Origin: an uncultured delta proteobacterium
Lineage (GTDB): Bacteria > Desulfobacterota > Desulfomonilia > Desulfomonilales > Desulfomonilaceae
Direction: 5' to 3'
Length of the DNA stretch: 64,000 nucleotides
Assembly (NCBI GenBank): GCA_963789265.1
Contig: CAWBKB010000001.1
Span: 1,440,001-1,504,000, forward strand
Each line of letters opens with the position of its first letter. The stretch's first letter is position 1. Positions 10,933-21,306 of this stretch are shown one piece after another. The translations under genes were made by a program, and so were the position numbers. Below the pieces are notes generated by a model that saw only the letters and a list, made by a program, of their open reading frames with translations, was not told the origin of the DNA and made no database searches.

Positions 10933-12243
10933 TCAGGTGCCGGTAATCTCGGTGAATGCCTTCTCCAATATGTCCAGACCTTCCTCCAACTGATCATCGG
11001 TGATGACCAGAGGCATCAAGGTACGGATAACATTATTGAATCTTCCGCACGTGAGAACTATGAGGCCATGTTCGTAAGCATAGTTGATGATTTTCTTTGT
11101 TTCCTCCGCAGCCGGCTCCTTGGTCTTCCGATCCCTCACCAGTTCCAGGCCAATCATGGCGCCAAGGCCGCGGACATCGCCTATGAGCGGGAATCGTTCG
11201 TACATTTCATCAAAGCGTTGTTTGATAATCTCACCTATTCTTGCGGCCCTGGTACTCAAATCCGCTTCAGTCACAAAATCAAGAACAGCCAAGGCGGCCT
11301 TACACGAAAGAGGATTGCCGGAATATGTTCCGCCAAGTCCCCCAACCTGCGGCTCTTCCATCATTTCAGCCCTGCCGGTAACTGCCGCAAGAGGCAGTCC
11401 TCCCCCTAGAGATTTGGCCATTACAATGACGTCCGGTGCTACTTCATAGTGCTCGATTGCGAAGAGCTTTCCGGTTCGGCATATACCGGTCTGTATTTCG
11501 TCCGCAACGAACACGATCCCGTGCTTCTCGCAGATCCGGCTAAGTATGGAAAAATACTCCGGCGGAGGGACGACGAATCCACCTTCACCGAGGACGGGTT
11601 CCACCACCATAGCAGCGGTTTCTTCGGCTGCTACGTGGATCGCAAAAAAAGTCTCCAAGTGCTGCGCACAATAAACGCCACAATCGGGATAGGTCAGCCC
11701 GAACGCACATCGGTAGCAATACGCGTAAGGCATCCGATAGATTTCCGGAGCGAATGGGCCGAAACCGAACTTGTAAGGTTTCACCTTACTGGTCATCGAC
11801 ATGGTCAACAGTGTGCGTCCGTGAAAAGCGTCTTCAAACGCGATGACAGCGGGTCTGCCGGTATGACGACGAGCCACTTTGACGGCATTTTCCACGCCTT
11901 CCGCGCCACTGTTGACGAGGAGGGTCTTCTTCTCAAAATCGCCGGGAGTTAGCTGGTTCAGCCGAGAGGCCAGCTCCAGATACGGTTCGTACATGACAAT
12001 GTGAAAACACGTATGTAGGAATCGGTCCGCTTGATCCTTAATCGCTGCAACGACTTTTTCATTGCAATGCCCCACGTTATTGACGCCGATTCCACCGGCA
12101 AAATCCAGATATCTATTGCCTTCGACGTCCCAGATTTCAGCCCCTTTCGCCCGGGAAACAAAATAGGGGGTGACATAAAAGGGGCCCCTCGGCACTTTCG
12201 AGAATCGCTCTTCCAGGAGGGCCGCATTCGTTTTCTCAGTCAA
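10933..12243 (-). CDS. gabT: 4-aminobutyrate (omega-amino acid) aminotransferase, class III
   Basis: DFAGGIG, NSGAEGVENAVK, FHGRT, EPVLGEGG, DEIQTG, AKSL; GAGGAG RBS before TTG 12243. Confidence 0.88.
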   Translation of the reverse strand: MTEKTNAALLEERFSKVPRGPFYVTPYFVSRAKGAEIWDVEGNRYLDFAGGIGVNNVGHCNEKVVAAIKDQADRFLHTCFHIVMYEPYLELASRLNQLTPGDFEKKTLLVNSGAEGVENAVKVARRHTGRPAVIAFEDAFHGRTLLTMSMTSKVKPYKFGFGPFAPEIYRMPYAYCYRCAFGLTYPDCGVYCAQHLETFFAIHVAAEETAAMVVEPVLGEGGFVVPPPEYFSILSRICEKHGIVFVADEIQTGICRTGKLFAIEHYEVAPDVIVMAKSLGGGLPLAAVTGRAEMMEEPQVGGLGGTYSGNPLSCKAALAVLDFVTEADLSTRAARIGEIIKQRFDEMYERFPLIGDVRGLGAMIGLELVRDRKTKEPAAEETKKIINYAYEHGLIVLTCGRFNNVIRTLMPLVITDDQLEEGLDILEKAFTEITGT

Positions 12244-12427
12244 ATCGAAACTCCTCTCGCAAGATTTGGTATCATAAAGTGTATTTGCAATGATGACTTC
12301 CTGCGGTACTGGACTATATCCGCTCAGCCGAACAATCCGGCTAGTCAAGTCAAGGGGTTGTGGATGAGGCCCGAATCGGCGCCAGTGGCAATGACGTTCG
12401 CCCTAACACCAGACTCCTCCCTACGCC

Positions 12428-13180
12428 TTAGAGAACAGGTGCAGCCACCAGCACCCCGTTGTCCTGAAGGATCTGACGGACGGCCCTGACTATGCTCAGC
12501 GCACCGGGAGTGTCGCTGTGAACGCAGACCGAACTGCCCTCGATGGAGATTTCCTTGCCGTCTTCGGCCACAACTTTCTGCTCTTTGACCATCTTAGCCA
12601 CCCTCTCGGCCACATGGGTGGGATCGTGGGTTCCATGCTCGCGTGTGATCACCAGATTACCCTCGGCATCGTAACCAAGGTCAGCGTAGAGCTCAAACAC
12701 CGTGCGTATCCCCATCTCGTGAGCCACGTCAGCGGCCACTCCCTTCCTCATAATGTACAGGTAGAGATTTGGATCCACATCTTTCAGCGCCTGGCATACG
12801 GCGCTGGCGATTTCCTCCCGCCGGTGCACCATGCCGTAAAGAGACCCGTGCGGCTTCACATGGTGGAGACGGAGGCCGGTTGCCTCAACGAACGCTTTCA
12901 GCGCACCGATCTGGTACAATACGTCACAGTAGACTTCATCAGGGGTAACGTTCATTTCCCTGCGACCGAATCCCTGAAGATCGGGCAATCCGGGATGCGC
13001 ACCGACCTGCACCCCGTACCTCATGGCAAAACCAACCGTCTTCTTTATCACCGTTGGATCCCCTGAGTGGAAAGCACAGGCGACATTTGCAGAGCTGATG
13101 TATTGCATGAATTCTTCATCATTTCCCATTTTGAAAATGCCAAAGCTTTCACCCATGTCAGCGTTCAGATCGATGTTCAT
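12428..13180 (-). CDS. pxpA: LamB/YcsF family protein (5-oxoprolinase subunit A-like)
   Basis: DLNADMGES, SANVACAFHSGD, GAHPG.PD..GFGRR, HVKPHG.LY, CVHSDT. Confidence 0.9.
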   Translation of the reverse strand: MNIDLNADMGESFGIFKMGNDEEFMQYISSANVACAFHSGDPTVIKKTVGFAMRYGVQVGAHPGLPDLQGFGRREMNVTPDEVYCDVLYQIGALKAFVEATGLRLHHVKPHGSLYGMVHRREEIASAVCQALKDVDPNLYLYIMRKGVAADVAHEMGIRTVFELYADLGYDAEGNLVITREHGTHDPTHVAERVAKMVKEQKVVAEDGKEISIEGSSVCVHSDTPGALSIVRAVRQILQDNGVLVAAPVL

Positions 13181-13203
13181 TGAAGTGCTCCGCTTAGATC
13201 TCT

Positions 13204-14163
13204 TTATTGACCTTTCATGGACAGCCGGAATTGGTCCATCACTACGGCAAAAATGAGGAGACAGCCCATTACCATCATTTGCAGGTAGGAGCTGATGTTC
13301 ATAATATCCATCCCGTTCCTCATCAGGACGATCAGGATGGCCCCGAAAATTGCTCCAATGACGCTCCCTTCACCGCCTCTGAGTGAGACCCCGCCAATGA
13401 CTGCCGCTGCTATGGATTCCAAAGGTAGAGCCGCTCCAAGATTTGGTTCGCCTGAAGCAACCCGAGCGGTCAGCATCACGCCGGTAAGGCCCGCCAGTGC
13501 GCCGCACAGGATATAGGCGAGACAACTGTATTTCTTCACCGCAATGCCCGACAACCGGGCCGCTTCCTCGTTGCCTCCAAGGGCATAGAAGTACCGACCG
13601 ATTCTGGTTTTGGTGAGCATGATGTATATGATCGCCACGACGAGGATCGCCACCAACAAAGGAACTGGAACGCCCCAAACTTTGCCGATACCCATGTAGC
13701 GGTTGAAATCGGCAGGCAGATTGAAAATCGGCACACCTCCAGAAATGAGAAGAGCCAAGCCCTGTGCCACTGACATCATTCCCAGTGTGACCACAAACGG
13801 GGAAACGCGGAATACAGCAATCGTGATACCGTTGAGTGTCCCTACCGCAGTGCCGGTTGCCACACCAGCCAGCAGCGCGGCAATGATGGCAACCGCAGGA
13901 TTAGGAAACCATACAACGGTACTAGCCGTGACGATGCTGGTCAGTGCCACCGAAGATCCGACGGAGAGATCGAACCCGGCACACAATATGGTAAGCATCT
14001 GTCCCGCCGTGATTATGGCGAGGTACGTGGCTTGCCTGCTGACGTTCACCATGTTCGAAAACGTCATGAACCGACTTTCTGCAGCACTGAACAGGATAAG
14101 CAGCGCAACCAGGAGAAATGGAAGCACCCCGACATTGACAAACGTTCGTTTTAGAAACTCCAC
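13204..14163 (-). CDS. ABC transporter permease (RbsC type)
   Basis: GFDLSVGS, GGNEEAARLSGI, IAAAVIGGVSL.GG.G. Confidence 0.93.
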   Translation of the reverse strand: MEFLKRTFVNVGVLPFLLVALLILFSAAESRFMTFSNMVNVSRQATYLAIITAGQMLTILCAGFDLSVGSSVALTSIVTASTVVWFPNPAVAIIAALLAGVATGTAVGTLNGITIAVFRVSPFVVTLGMMSVAQGLALLISGGVPIFNLPADFNRYMGIGKVWGVPVPLLVAILVVAIIYIMLTKTRIGRYFYALGGNEEAARLSGIAVKKYSCLAYILCGALAGLTGVMLTARVASGEPNLGAALPLESIAAAVIGGVSLRGGEGSVIGAIFGAILIVLMRNGMDIMNISSYLQMMVMGCLLIFAVVMDQFRLSMKGQ

Positions 14164-14215
14164 TGAATGTCTACCTTTTCTTGATAGAATTGTGGCACAC
14201 CATCTGCTGTCTTCA

Positions 14216-15799
14216 TTAGGCCTGGGAACCGCCTCGAACGTTGTGACTCGTTACGAAGCGGTCATAATCGTAGCCGAAGCAGCTTGTGAGAATCTTCTCC
14301 TCGGTGGCTTCGGACCCAGGCATGATCGAGCATATCGATCCGCCGTGCATCACCATCACAGTGTGACAAAGATGCAGAATCTCCGGCAATTCTGAAGAAA
14401 TAAGGATCACAGCGGCACCTTTTTCGGCGTAGTCTTTGAGCAACCGGTAAACGTCACGTTTGGCACCAACGTCGATCCCGCAACTGGCCTCATCGAAAAT
14501 GAACACCTTTGTGTCTCTGATTAATCCCCTTGACAGCATAACTTTCTGCTGATTACCCCCACTGAGTTCATTGACAGTTTGATCGATGCGTGACGGGCGA
14601 ATCTTGAGCTTGTCGATGAGATTCTTCACAGTGGACTTTTCACGTCCCGCGTCTATGAACAGTCTGTTTTCAAAAAAGGGAATCGCGGCCAGGGTCTGAT
14701 TCTCCCTGATCGAACGGCACAATACTAAACCTTCTTTGTGCCTGTCCGCGGGGAAATAGAGTATCCCGCTTTCGATAGCCTTCGCGGGAGTGATTTTCTC
14801 CAATGGCTGGTCAAAGAGAAGCTTGGTACCGGCTGTAATCTTCTCCAAACCGAACATGGCACGTCCCACCCGGGATTTGCCTGCTCCTACCAGTCCGGCG
14901 ATACCGAAAATCTCCCCTTCCCTCACCGTGAAGCTGATGTCTCGGAGTCCGCTGGCCGTGGAGAGTCCTTCCACTGTCAGCACGGGTTTGCCTGGGACGT
15001 GGGTGATCCTAGGGAAAATTTCTGCGTACTCCCTGCCGGTCATCAGAGAGATCAGTTTCTTGTCGTCGGCCTCTCCCATGCTGAGCGTAGCAACATGTTT
15101 ACCATCTCTCAAAACCGTGATCCGGTCGCCTATCTTCTTTAATTCTTCCAGGCGATGGGAGATGTAAACGATCCCCACCCCATCGTCTTTGAGTTTCCTG
15201 ATGATCTCGAAAAGCTTGGCAACTTCTTTGTCCGTGAGGGAAGCGGTGGGTTCGTCCAGGATAAGCACTGATATCTTCTGCTGAAATGCCTTGGCGATCT
15301 CCACCATTTGGCGTTCGGCCCGCTTCAGGCCGCCGACCCTGGCCTGCAGATCGAGCTTGAAATCAAGGCGATTCAATGTCTCCTCGGCCTTTTTACGCAT
15401 AGCCTCCTTGTCGAGAAGGCCTCTCTTAACCATTTCCCGGCCGAGGAAGAGATTCTCAAGCACGGTAAGTTGGGGCACTAGGCTGAATTCCTGGTAGACC
15501 GCAGAGATTCCCATCATTCTGGCATCGTAGGAACTTCGGAATTCAACCTTTTCGCCGTTGACAAAGATCTCCCCGTCATCCGGAAGGTACGAACCCGCGA
15601 TGATTTTTGTCAGTGTCGACTTTCCCGCTCCGTTCTCGCCGAACAGCACATGTACCTCACCGGGCATGAGCTCAAAAGAGATCCTGTCCACCGCGAGGAC
15701 ACCAGGGAATCTTTTCGTGATATTGAGAACACTCAGGACGGGGACAGTCACTATTTTTTCTCCTTTGCTCGATCCTGCCACTTCCTCCGGAATACTCAT
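14216..15799 (-). CDS. ABC transporter ATP-binding protein (tandem NBD, RbsA type)
   Basis: GENGAGKST, LDEPT, LSGGNQQK. Confidence 0.94.
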   Translation of the reverse strand: MSIPEEVAGSSKGEKIVTVPVLSVLNITKRFPGVLAVDRISFELMPGEVHVLFGENGAGKSTLTKIIAGSYLPDDGEIFVNGEKVEFRSSYDARMMGISAVYQEFSLVPQLTVLENLFLGREMVKRGLLDKEAMRKKAEETLNRLDFKLDLQARVGGLKRAERQMVEIAKAFQQKISVLILDEPTASLTDKEVAKLFEIIRKLKDDGVGIVYISHRLEELKKIGDRITVLRDGKHVATLSMGEADDKKLISLMTGREYAEIFPRITHVPGKPVLTVEGLSTASGLRDISFTVREGEIFGIAGLVGAGKSRVGRAMFGLEKITAGTKLLFDQPLEKITPAKAIESGILYFPADRHKEGLVLCRSIRENQTLAAIPFFENRLFIDAGREKSTVKNLIDKLKIRPSRIDQTVNELSGGNQQKVMLSRGLIRDTKVFIFDEASCGIDVGAKRDVYRLLKDYAEKGAAVILISSELPEILHLCHTVMVMHGGSICSIMPGSEATEEKILTSCFGYDYDRFVTSHNVRGGSQA

Positions 15800-15849
15800 T
15801 TGGGGGTAGGCACGGCAGCCTACCCCGTTACTTGCACCAAATCACCCTT

Positions 15850-17016
15850 TCACTTTTTGGGTTCGACCTTGAATACCGGGCGGAAAGTCCGGGGCCCAAA
15901 GAGGAGTTCGTAAGGGTACTTATCAATGTTTGCTTTGGTAAGGGTCGGGATTAGGGGGCCGGATCTGAACGGAAAGTCTTTTCCGGGTTTCTGGCCGTTG
16001 AGAATCCGGACCATCATGTCTACCGCCATCTGACCCTGGGTCACAGTGAGGTCTGATGGCGCGGCGGCTACACTGCCTTTCTTGATCTTCTCGTATAAAG
16101 GCGGGATGATGTAGGTAGACACAATCTTAACGGATTTGGCCCGCCCTGACTCAGCCAGGGGTCCTACCGCGGCATCGGCGGCAACCGCATTGGCCACCAG
16201 ATAATCTATTTTAGGGAAGGTTTTCAGCGAATTCTCAATCAGACCTAGCTGTACGTCTTTTCCCGTGTCACCCCACTTGACTGCGAGGATGTTTACCTTG
16301 CCATCAAACTTTTTGATCGCATCTTTGAAGCCGTCCAGAGTGTCCGGCGCCCAGCCCGAACCAGCAGGACCAGGCAAGAAGACCACGTTGATATCTTTCT
16401 TGCCCTGGGCTTTCGCGTCTGAGACAACGAAATCTCCCGCGTGAAGTCCCATATCGAAAAAAGATACGAGTGCCTTGGCTGCTATGTCTTGAGCTTGAAT
16501 GTCGTTGATCACTTCAATAACAGGAATTTTTTTCTTGGTTATCTCCTGCACCACAGGGTCCAGTGCGGTGTATGAGATCGAAGCCAGGATAATGCCGTCT
16601 ACCTTCTCCTGAGCAAGGTTCTCCACCTGTCCGACCTGTTGCTCCACCTCGGTGTAACCACCGGCCGCAACAAGGTGAATTCCCACTCCCAACCGCTTGG
16701 CCTCTGAAATGATCCCGTAATCCACAGCAAGCCAATACGGGTCTTTCAAGTGCGGGAAGGAAACACCAATAACGTATGGCTTGTTGGCCTTTTCGGGAGG
16801 CGCCCATTCTTCCTGCTTTGGCCCCTGTAAGCTCGCAGCAGGGCGTCCTGATTTTTTCCCTTTCACGTCGTACTTGCCATAGTAAGAATTGACCTTAACC
16901 GGCCACCAAGGTTTCTCTGCCCCAAAACAAACGGCGCTGCTGAACAGAAACAGAGCGCACACTAGCGCCGTTGCAGGAACGAGGCCTCTAAGAGATGCGG
17001 ATCCTCCGATACTCAT
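15850..17016 (-). CDS. Periplasmic substrate-binding protein, TorT-like
   Basis: Signal peptide; FPHLKDPYWLAVDYG and PGPAGSGW resemble TorT-type binding proteins. Confidence 0.8.
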   Translation of the reverse strand: MSIGGSASLRGLVPATALVCALFLFSSAVCFGAEKPWWPVKVNSYYGKYDVKGKKSGRPAASLQGPKQEEWAPPEKANKPYVIGVSFPHLKDPYWLAVDYGIISEAKRLGVGIHLVAAGGYTEVEQQVGQVENLAQEKVDGIILASISYTALDPVVQEITKKKIPVIEVINDIQAQDIAAKALVSFFDMGLHAGDFVVSDAKAQGKKDINVVFLPGPAGSGWAPDTLDGFKDAIKKFDGKVNILAVKWGDTGKDVQLGLIENSLKTFPKIDYLVANAVAADAAVGPLAESGRAKSVKIVSTYIIPPLYEKIKKGSVAAAPSDLTVTQGQMAVDMMVRILNGQKPGKDFPFRSGPLIPTLTKANIDKYPYELLFGPRTFRPVFKVEPKK

Positions 17017-17196
17017 TTCATTTCCTCCTTTGTGCTGAACGCGTTTTCACGCGGATACCAACGGCTTACACCATTGCAAATCCCCCATCCCGACGCGCCG
17101 GGACGGAGAGGATGCACCGAGATTCGGGTTGAAACAAATCGGACTTAGAGAGGCGGACGGTCCGGTGGAACCATGCGGCCTTTCCTGTGGCCTTAT

Positions 17197-17466
17197 CTAG
17201 GCCTTGAGATTTATTCCTCGGATGTTTCCGCTGAGCCCTTTTTCGATGAGTTCCAAGATGAGCTTGCTGATATCGCTCATCGTGAGGGAGACGATCAGCC
17301 ACCGGTGGCCCTCGTGATCGGTGCAGACAACCTGCTTCTCAACTGGCGTTCCCTTCTCTTCCAGGTACGCCTGTGGATCAAATTTCAGCCCACCTTCGGG
17401 GATTTCAATAAGGATGTGTGACAATCCCTCGGATAAGCACTGGAGATCTAAACCTTCCGAGCCCAT
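17197..17466 (-). CDS. Hypothetical protein, first gene of the operon
   Basis: ORF downstream of the sigma-54 promoter; AGGTG RBS before ATG 17466. The TTG 17523 start in the ORF track overlaps the promoter. Confidence 0.5.
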   Translation of the reverse strand: MGSEGLDLQCLSEGLSHILIEIPEGGLKFDPQAYLEEKGTPVEKQVVCTDHEGHRWLIVSLTMSDISKLILELIEKGLSGNIRGINLKA

Positions 17467-17506
17467 TTTCATCACCTGGACAGGCTGCTTTGTTCCGACG
17501 CGTATG

Positions 17507-17523
17507 AGCAATATTTGGGCCAA
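17507..17523 (-). promoter_or_regulatory. Sigma-54 (-24/-12) promoter of the catabolic operon
   Basis: TTGGCCCAAATATTGCT = TGGC-N7-TTGC (GG-N10-GC). Confidence 0.8.
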
Positions 17524-17654
17524 ACATGGAAGTGGGAGACCAACGAGGCGAAGAATATGTCTAAGTTTGTGATTTAATAACGAATGTTTTACACGATGGT
17601 GGGTTGCACACTCTGAGGATATGGTTTAAGTTCGTGTTTGTGCGAAGGCACAAA

Positions 17655-17749
17655 TTATGCGCGATTGCATAAAAAAGCAACAGCATGTGCTTGGCGGCCT
17701 CATAAGAAGACGCTTATGCAGTAATGCATCAAAGATGCAGATTTGCATC
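17655..17749. promoter_or_regulatory. Three ATGCR-N4-TGCAT palindromes, putative enhancer (UAS) sites
   Basis: At 17657-17670, 17716-17729 and 17735-17748, about 135-225 bp upstream of the sigma-54 promoter and next to the bEBP gene. Confidence 0.7.
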
Positions 17750-17822
17750 ATTGCCATCGGCCTCTATAGCAATTGTCCAAAAAGATGTCCTTTTGCTCAT
17801 CTGAGGCATCGTCATCCAGACT

Positions 17823-17957
17823 GTAGAGGCACGGCATGCCGTGCCCCTACCGAACATCGTCATTCCCGCGCACGCGGTCCAGCGAAAGCGGATCAGACTG
17901 GACCTCGGATCAGAATCCCATAGCGACTGTGGTACCGGCGTGCCTCCCGTTCGCACT
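17823..17957. repeat. REP-like palindrome mosaic
   Basis: GTAGAGGCACGGCATGCCGTGCCCCTAC hairpin, then CGTCATTCCCGCGCACGCGG and GTGGTACCGGCG-type elements. Confidence 0.6.
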
Positions 17958-17965
17958 TCGGAAAG

Positions 17966-19666
17966 TCAATGACCCGAGTATCGTTTCATCTTGCGCGAAA
18001 TGGTCGACTGGTTGATCCCCAGGTGCCGGGCCGCCTGTTGCTGTGAACCATACTTCCGCACAGCTCCCGCTATTTGCTCGAGTTCTAGTTGGCCGATTGC
18101 GCTCTTTAGAGAACCCTGTTCAAGAGCCCGCCTAAGTTGGGCAGGACCCACGAACTGACAGACAAGGGGCGGAAGCTCGCTCAATGTAACGACTTCTGCC
18201 TTGCTCAGAACCATCATGGATTCGACAATATTTTGAAGCTCACGCACATTACCGGGATAATCATAGTGCAGCAGGGCATCAAGAACCTCTCCGTCGATGG
18301 ATCTGTTGAGATCGTGCTTGGCCTTGAACCTTCTCGTGAAGAAGGTGATCAGATCCAACATATCCTGGGTGCGGCCTCTGAGCGGCGGAATGGCTAGGGA
18401 AACCACGTTCAACCGATAGAAGAGGTCTTCCCTGAAGGTGTTCTTTCGCACTTGTTCGGCCAGATCCCTGTTGGTGGCTGCAATGACTCTCGTATCAACC
18501 GGTCGAACGGTGGAACCTCCGACGCGCATAACGCACTTCTCATCCAAGAAGCGCAGGAGCTTGACCTGCTGGCTCAAGGGGGCTTCGGAAATCTCGTCCA
18601 AGAATAGGGTGCCGCCTTCCGCCATTTCAACCAGTCCGGGCTTTCCTTTGGCGCCTGCGCCGGTAAACGCTCCTTTTTCATATCCGAACAGCTCCGACTC
18701 AAACAAAGTCTCGACAATTGATGCGCAATCAACCCTGACAAACGGCCCACTGGATCGTTCAGATTTCTGGTGGATCAGTTTTGCTACCAGACCTTTACCT
18801 ACTCCGGATTCTCCGGTAATCAAGACAGTAGTATCGAAACGAGCAACCATGAGGGCCCGTTCATAGACGGATTCCATCTCCTTGCTGCGGCAAACGAAAA
18901 AGTTGCTCTCGAGTTCCCGGAGGTGGAAGTCTGACAACTCGCTCCGGTACTGATCGACGAGCGCTTTACTCTCTTCCAGTTCGCGACGTATGCGGTCAAG
19001 TTCCGTTATGTCACGGTCGTTAATAATGATGACGTCGATTTCTCCCCGAGAATTCAGTATCGGATTTCCGGTGGCCAGCAACTTCTTGTTGGCTTTTGTG
19101 GTTTGAACCAGAGTCACGGTAGTCTTGCGTTTCAGCACCTGCACCGTCACCGATTCGTCCACGTACCCCTCAGCTACCAGGTCTGCCACGTTGCGTCCCA
19201 GGACATCCGGGGCGTTGCACCCGGTGTTCCGCTCGGCTGCCTTGTTGAGCTTTACGACGTTGCCGTGCCTGTCTGTGATCCACAGGCCGTCGTAGGACGA
19301 CTCCATGATTGCATCCAACAGTTGCGCCATCTGTTTGTACGATTCAAGTTCCCGTGCGTACTGGTCGTACGCAAAGACAGCCTGGAAAAAAGAAAAAACT
19401 CCTTCAATTCTATTCTTGAACCGCAGGGGTAATCGATTGGTGATGTAGAGCTTCCCTCCAATGGAGTCACGAACTCCAAGCTGCGGGATGCCGTCCTGGA
19501 AGACTGTTGAAATATCTTCCCAGACAGAACGTTGAATATCTCGCGCATGGCTGCCCACCAGTTCTTCCTTGGACAGGGCCAGGAATCTGGCAGCAGCGCC
19601 GTTTGCGTACGCTATAATGCCGGAGGGCAGTACGACAACGATCCCGTCCGGCACAATGTCCATCAT
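17966..19666 (-). CDS. PAS-PAS sigma-54-dependent activator (bEBP) with C-terminal HTH
   Basis: GESGVGK, ESELFGYEKGAFTGA, LFLDEI, FREDLFYRLNV, PGNVREL. Confidence 0.95.
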   Translation of the reverse strand: MMDIVPDGIVVVLPSGIIAYANGAAARFLALSKEELVGSHARDIQRSVWEDISTVFQDGIPQLGVRDSIGGKLYITNRLPLRFKNRIEGVFSFFQAVFAYDQYARELESYKQMAQLLDAIMESSYDGLWITDRHGNVVKLNKAAERNTGCNAPDVLGRNVADLVAEGYVDESVTVQVLKRKTTVTLVQTTKANKKLLATGNPILNSRGEIDVIIINDRDITELDRIRRELEESKALVDQYRSELSDFHLRELESNFFVCRSKEMESVYERALMVARFDTTVLITGESGVGKGLVAKLIHQKSERSSGPFVRVDCASIVETLFESELFGYEKGAFTGAGAKGKPGLVEMAEGGTLFLDEISEAPLSQQVKLLRFLDEKCVMRVGGSTVRPVDTRVIAATNRDLAEQVRKNTFREDLFYRLNVVSLAIPPLRGRTQDMLDLITFFTRRFKAKHDLNRSIDGEVLDALLHYDYPGNVRELQNIVESMMVLSKAEVVTLSELPPLVCQFVGPAQLRRALEQGSLKSAIGQLELEQIAGAVRKYGSQQQAARHLGINQSTISRKMKRYSGH

Positions 19667-19889
19667 GGCACCGAAGGCTTCGAGAAGTTTCTGAAAGGGT
19701 GTTGGCAGGTGTCCGCATAGACCTGGTCAAGGAAAGCCGGTAGCCCGGATTTCTTTTGAGTATTGGCGTAAATGATACCATGTTTCTTGAGGCACGCAAG
19801 GCTTGTCGGAGCTCACCCAGGGACTGCAATTGAGATCTGTGGTCTAGCGGGAGAGCCGCTTTGAGGGCCCTGTGATTCCATAGAATTTT

Positions 19890-20440
19890 ACTGAGAGCAC
19901 AAAGTATTCTCTTTGAGCCGCCTGAAAGGTCTTGGTAAATCTGATCAAAGCAAAATAACGAGATATCGCTTGTGGTCTCTGATATGGGTGCTATTACTTC
20001 CTCCATCCGCTTACTCAGAGTTACGCGACCGAGCACCCATTTGATGGCCAGAGGATAGTAAAACACTCTCTTAACGTACTGGTCTATCATCCCATCATCG
20101 AGTCGCGCTAAATCGACCAAACCCTTGTCCTGCGCAACGCGTCTGAACAAGAAAATAGCTTCCTTTTCTTTCAGTTCCTTTAGTTCATAGCGCCGTTCAA
20201 CTTGGCCCAATCCCTTCCTACTGGTGATCAGCATTTTGGCATTCTTATGGGCGTCCAAAATAAAGTTGATGATCTGCTCGTCTGTGATTGTTTCAAGATT
20301 GTCAATAACGATTAGTATCCGGTTGAACAGCTCAAAAATAGTGTTTACACCATCTTCTTTTTCCTGAAGAGTCCTACCTGGTAGGCCGAAACCCATTACG
20401 GAAGAGATGCTGTCCAGTAGTACCAGTTCGCGATTCAGTA
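19890..20440 (-). pseudogene. Internal fragment of an NB-ARC/STAND-like NTPase
   Basis: ILIVIDNLET (Walker B), LITSR, PLAIKW; no Walker A; flanked by unrelated sequence. Boundaries approximate. Confidence 0.6.
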
Positions 20441-20739
20441 TAGAATTTGATATAAGCGCCCCCACATACTTTTGGGGGAGGCAGGAGATGGGTGGAGTTA
20501 CGTCGGCGCTGCCGCATCTTTCGGAATTCGAGCTTACCTTTGTTTTGCAGGTCAACGATTCGTGCTTTGAGGGTCGGAACTTCATCCGAGGGTTCAACAC
20601 CCACTGATTCCTTCTTTTGGTCTTTACCAGGAACGGAAGGCTCATGAATGCCCGAACCAGCTTTGGATTTTTCAGGCTTAGGTTTGTCAGATTCCGCGGC
20701 AGCCGCAATCAAAGGACTAACCGAGAATATCAGAGCCAA

Positions 20740-21283
20740 AGCCTATCTAAGGCGTATGACGCTCTTTGCCGTGAATACGGGTTGCCGTGATCAAGAAATC
20801 TGCAAGTTGAAATGGGACTGGGAGGTTAACATTCCCGAGCTGCGGACAACTGTATTCATAATTCCTAAAGAGAAGGTCAAGAATCGGGAAGACCGGCCTG
20901 TAGTACTGAACTCCATTGCTGGATCGGTTGTAGAGGAAGTGAGGGGTATCCACGAAGAGTATGTGTTCACTTATAAAGGGAAGCCTCTCCAAAGGATTTA
21001 CAATCGGGCATGGAGACAGGCACGAGAGAGGGCAGGGCTTCCCCAGGTTCGTGTGCATGACCTAAAGCACACCTATGGCCGACGGCTTCGAGCTATGGGG
21101 GTGAGTTTCGAGGACAGACAGGACCTTCTTGGCCACAAGTCGAATAGGGTGACGACTCATTATTCCGCACCTGAGTTGATCAATTTGCTGCAAGCTTCGG
21201 AGAGGGTTTGCAGTCAGGACTGGCACAAATCCGGCACAATGGTCATCCTGAAAAAGAAACCCCGCCTTGCCGTGGTGGGCTAA
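20740..21283 (+). pseudogene. Tyrosine recombinase/integrase, C-terminal catalytic fragment (N-terminus lost)
   Basis: TGCRDQE, VHDLKH, LLGH, TTHY. The upstream part of the listed ORF is antisense to an unrelated secreted-protein fragment. Confidence 0.88.
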
Positions 21284-21306
21284 TGAGGCGGGATTCTTGT
21301 AAATTC

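Noticed and set aside
19467..20708. 413-aa ORF as a real gene
   Set aside because: Chimeric: off-frame reading of a secreted-protein fragment, an NB-ARC piece, then overlap with the bEBP gene.
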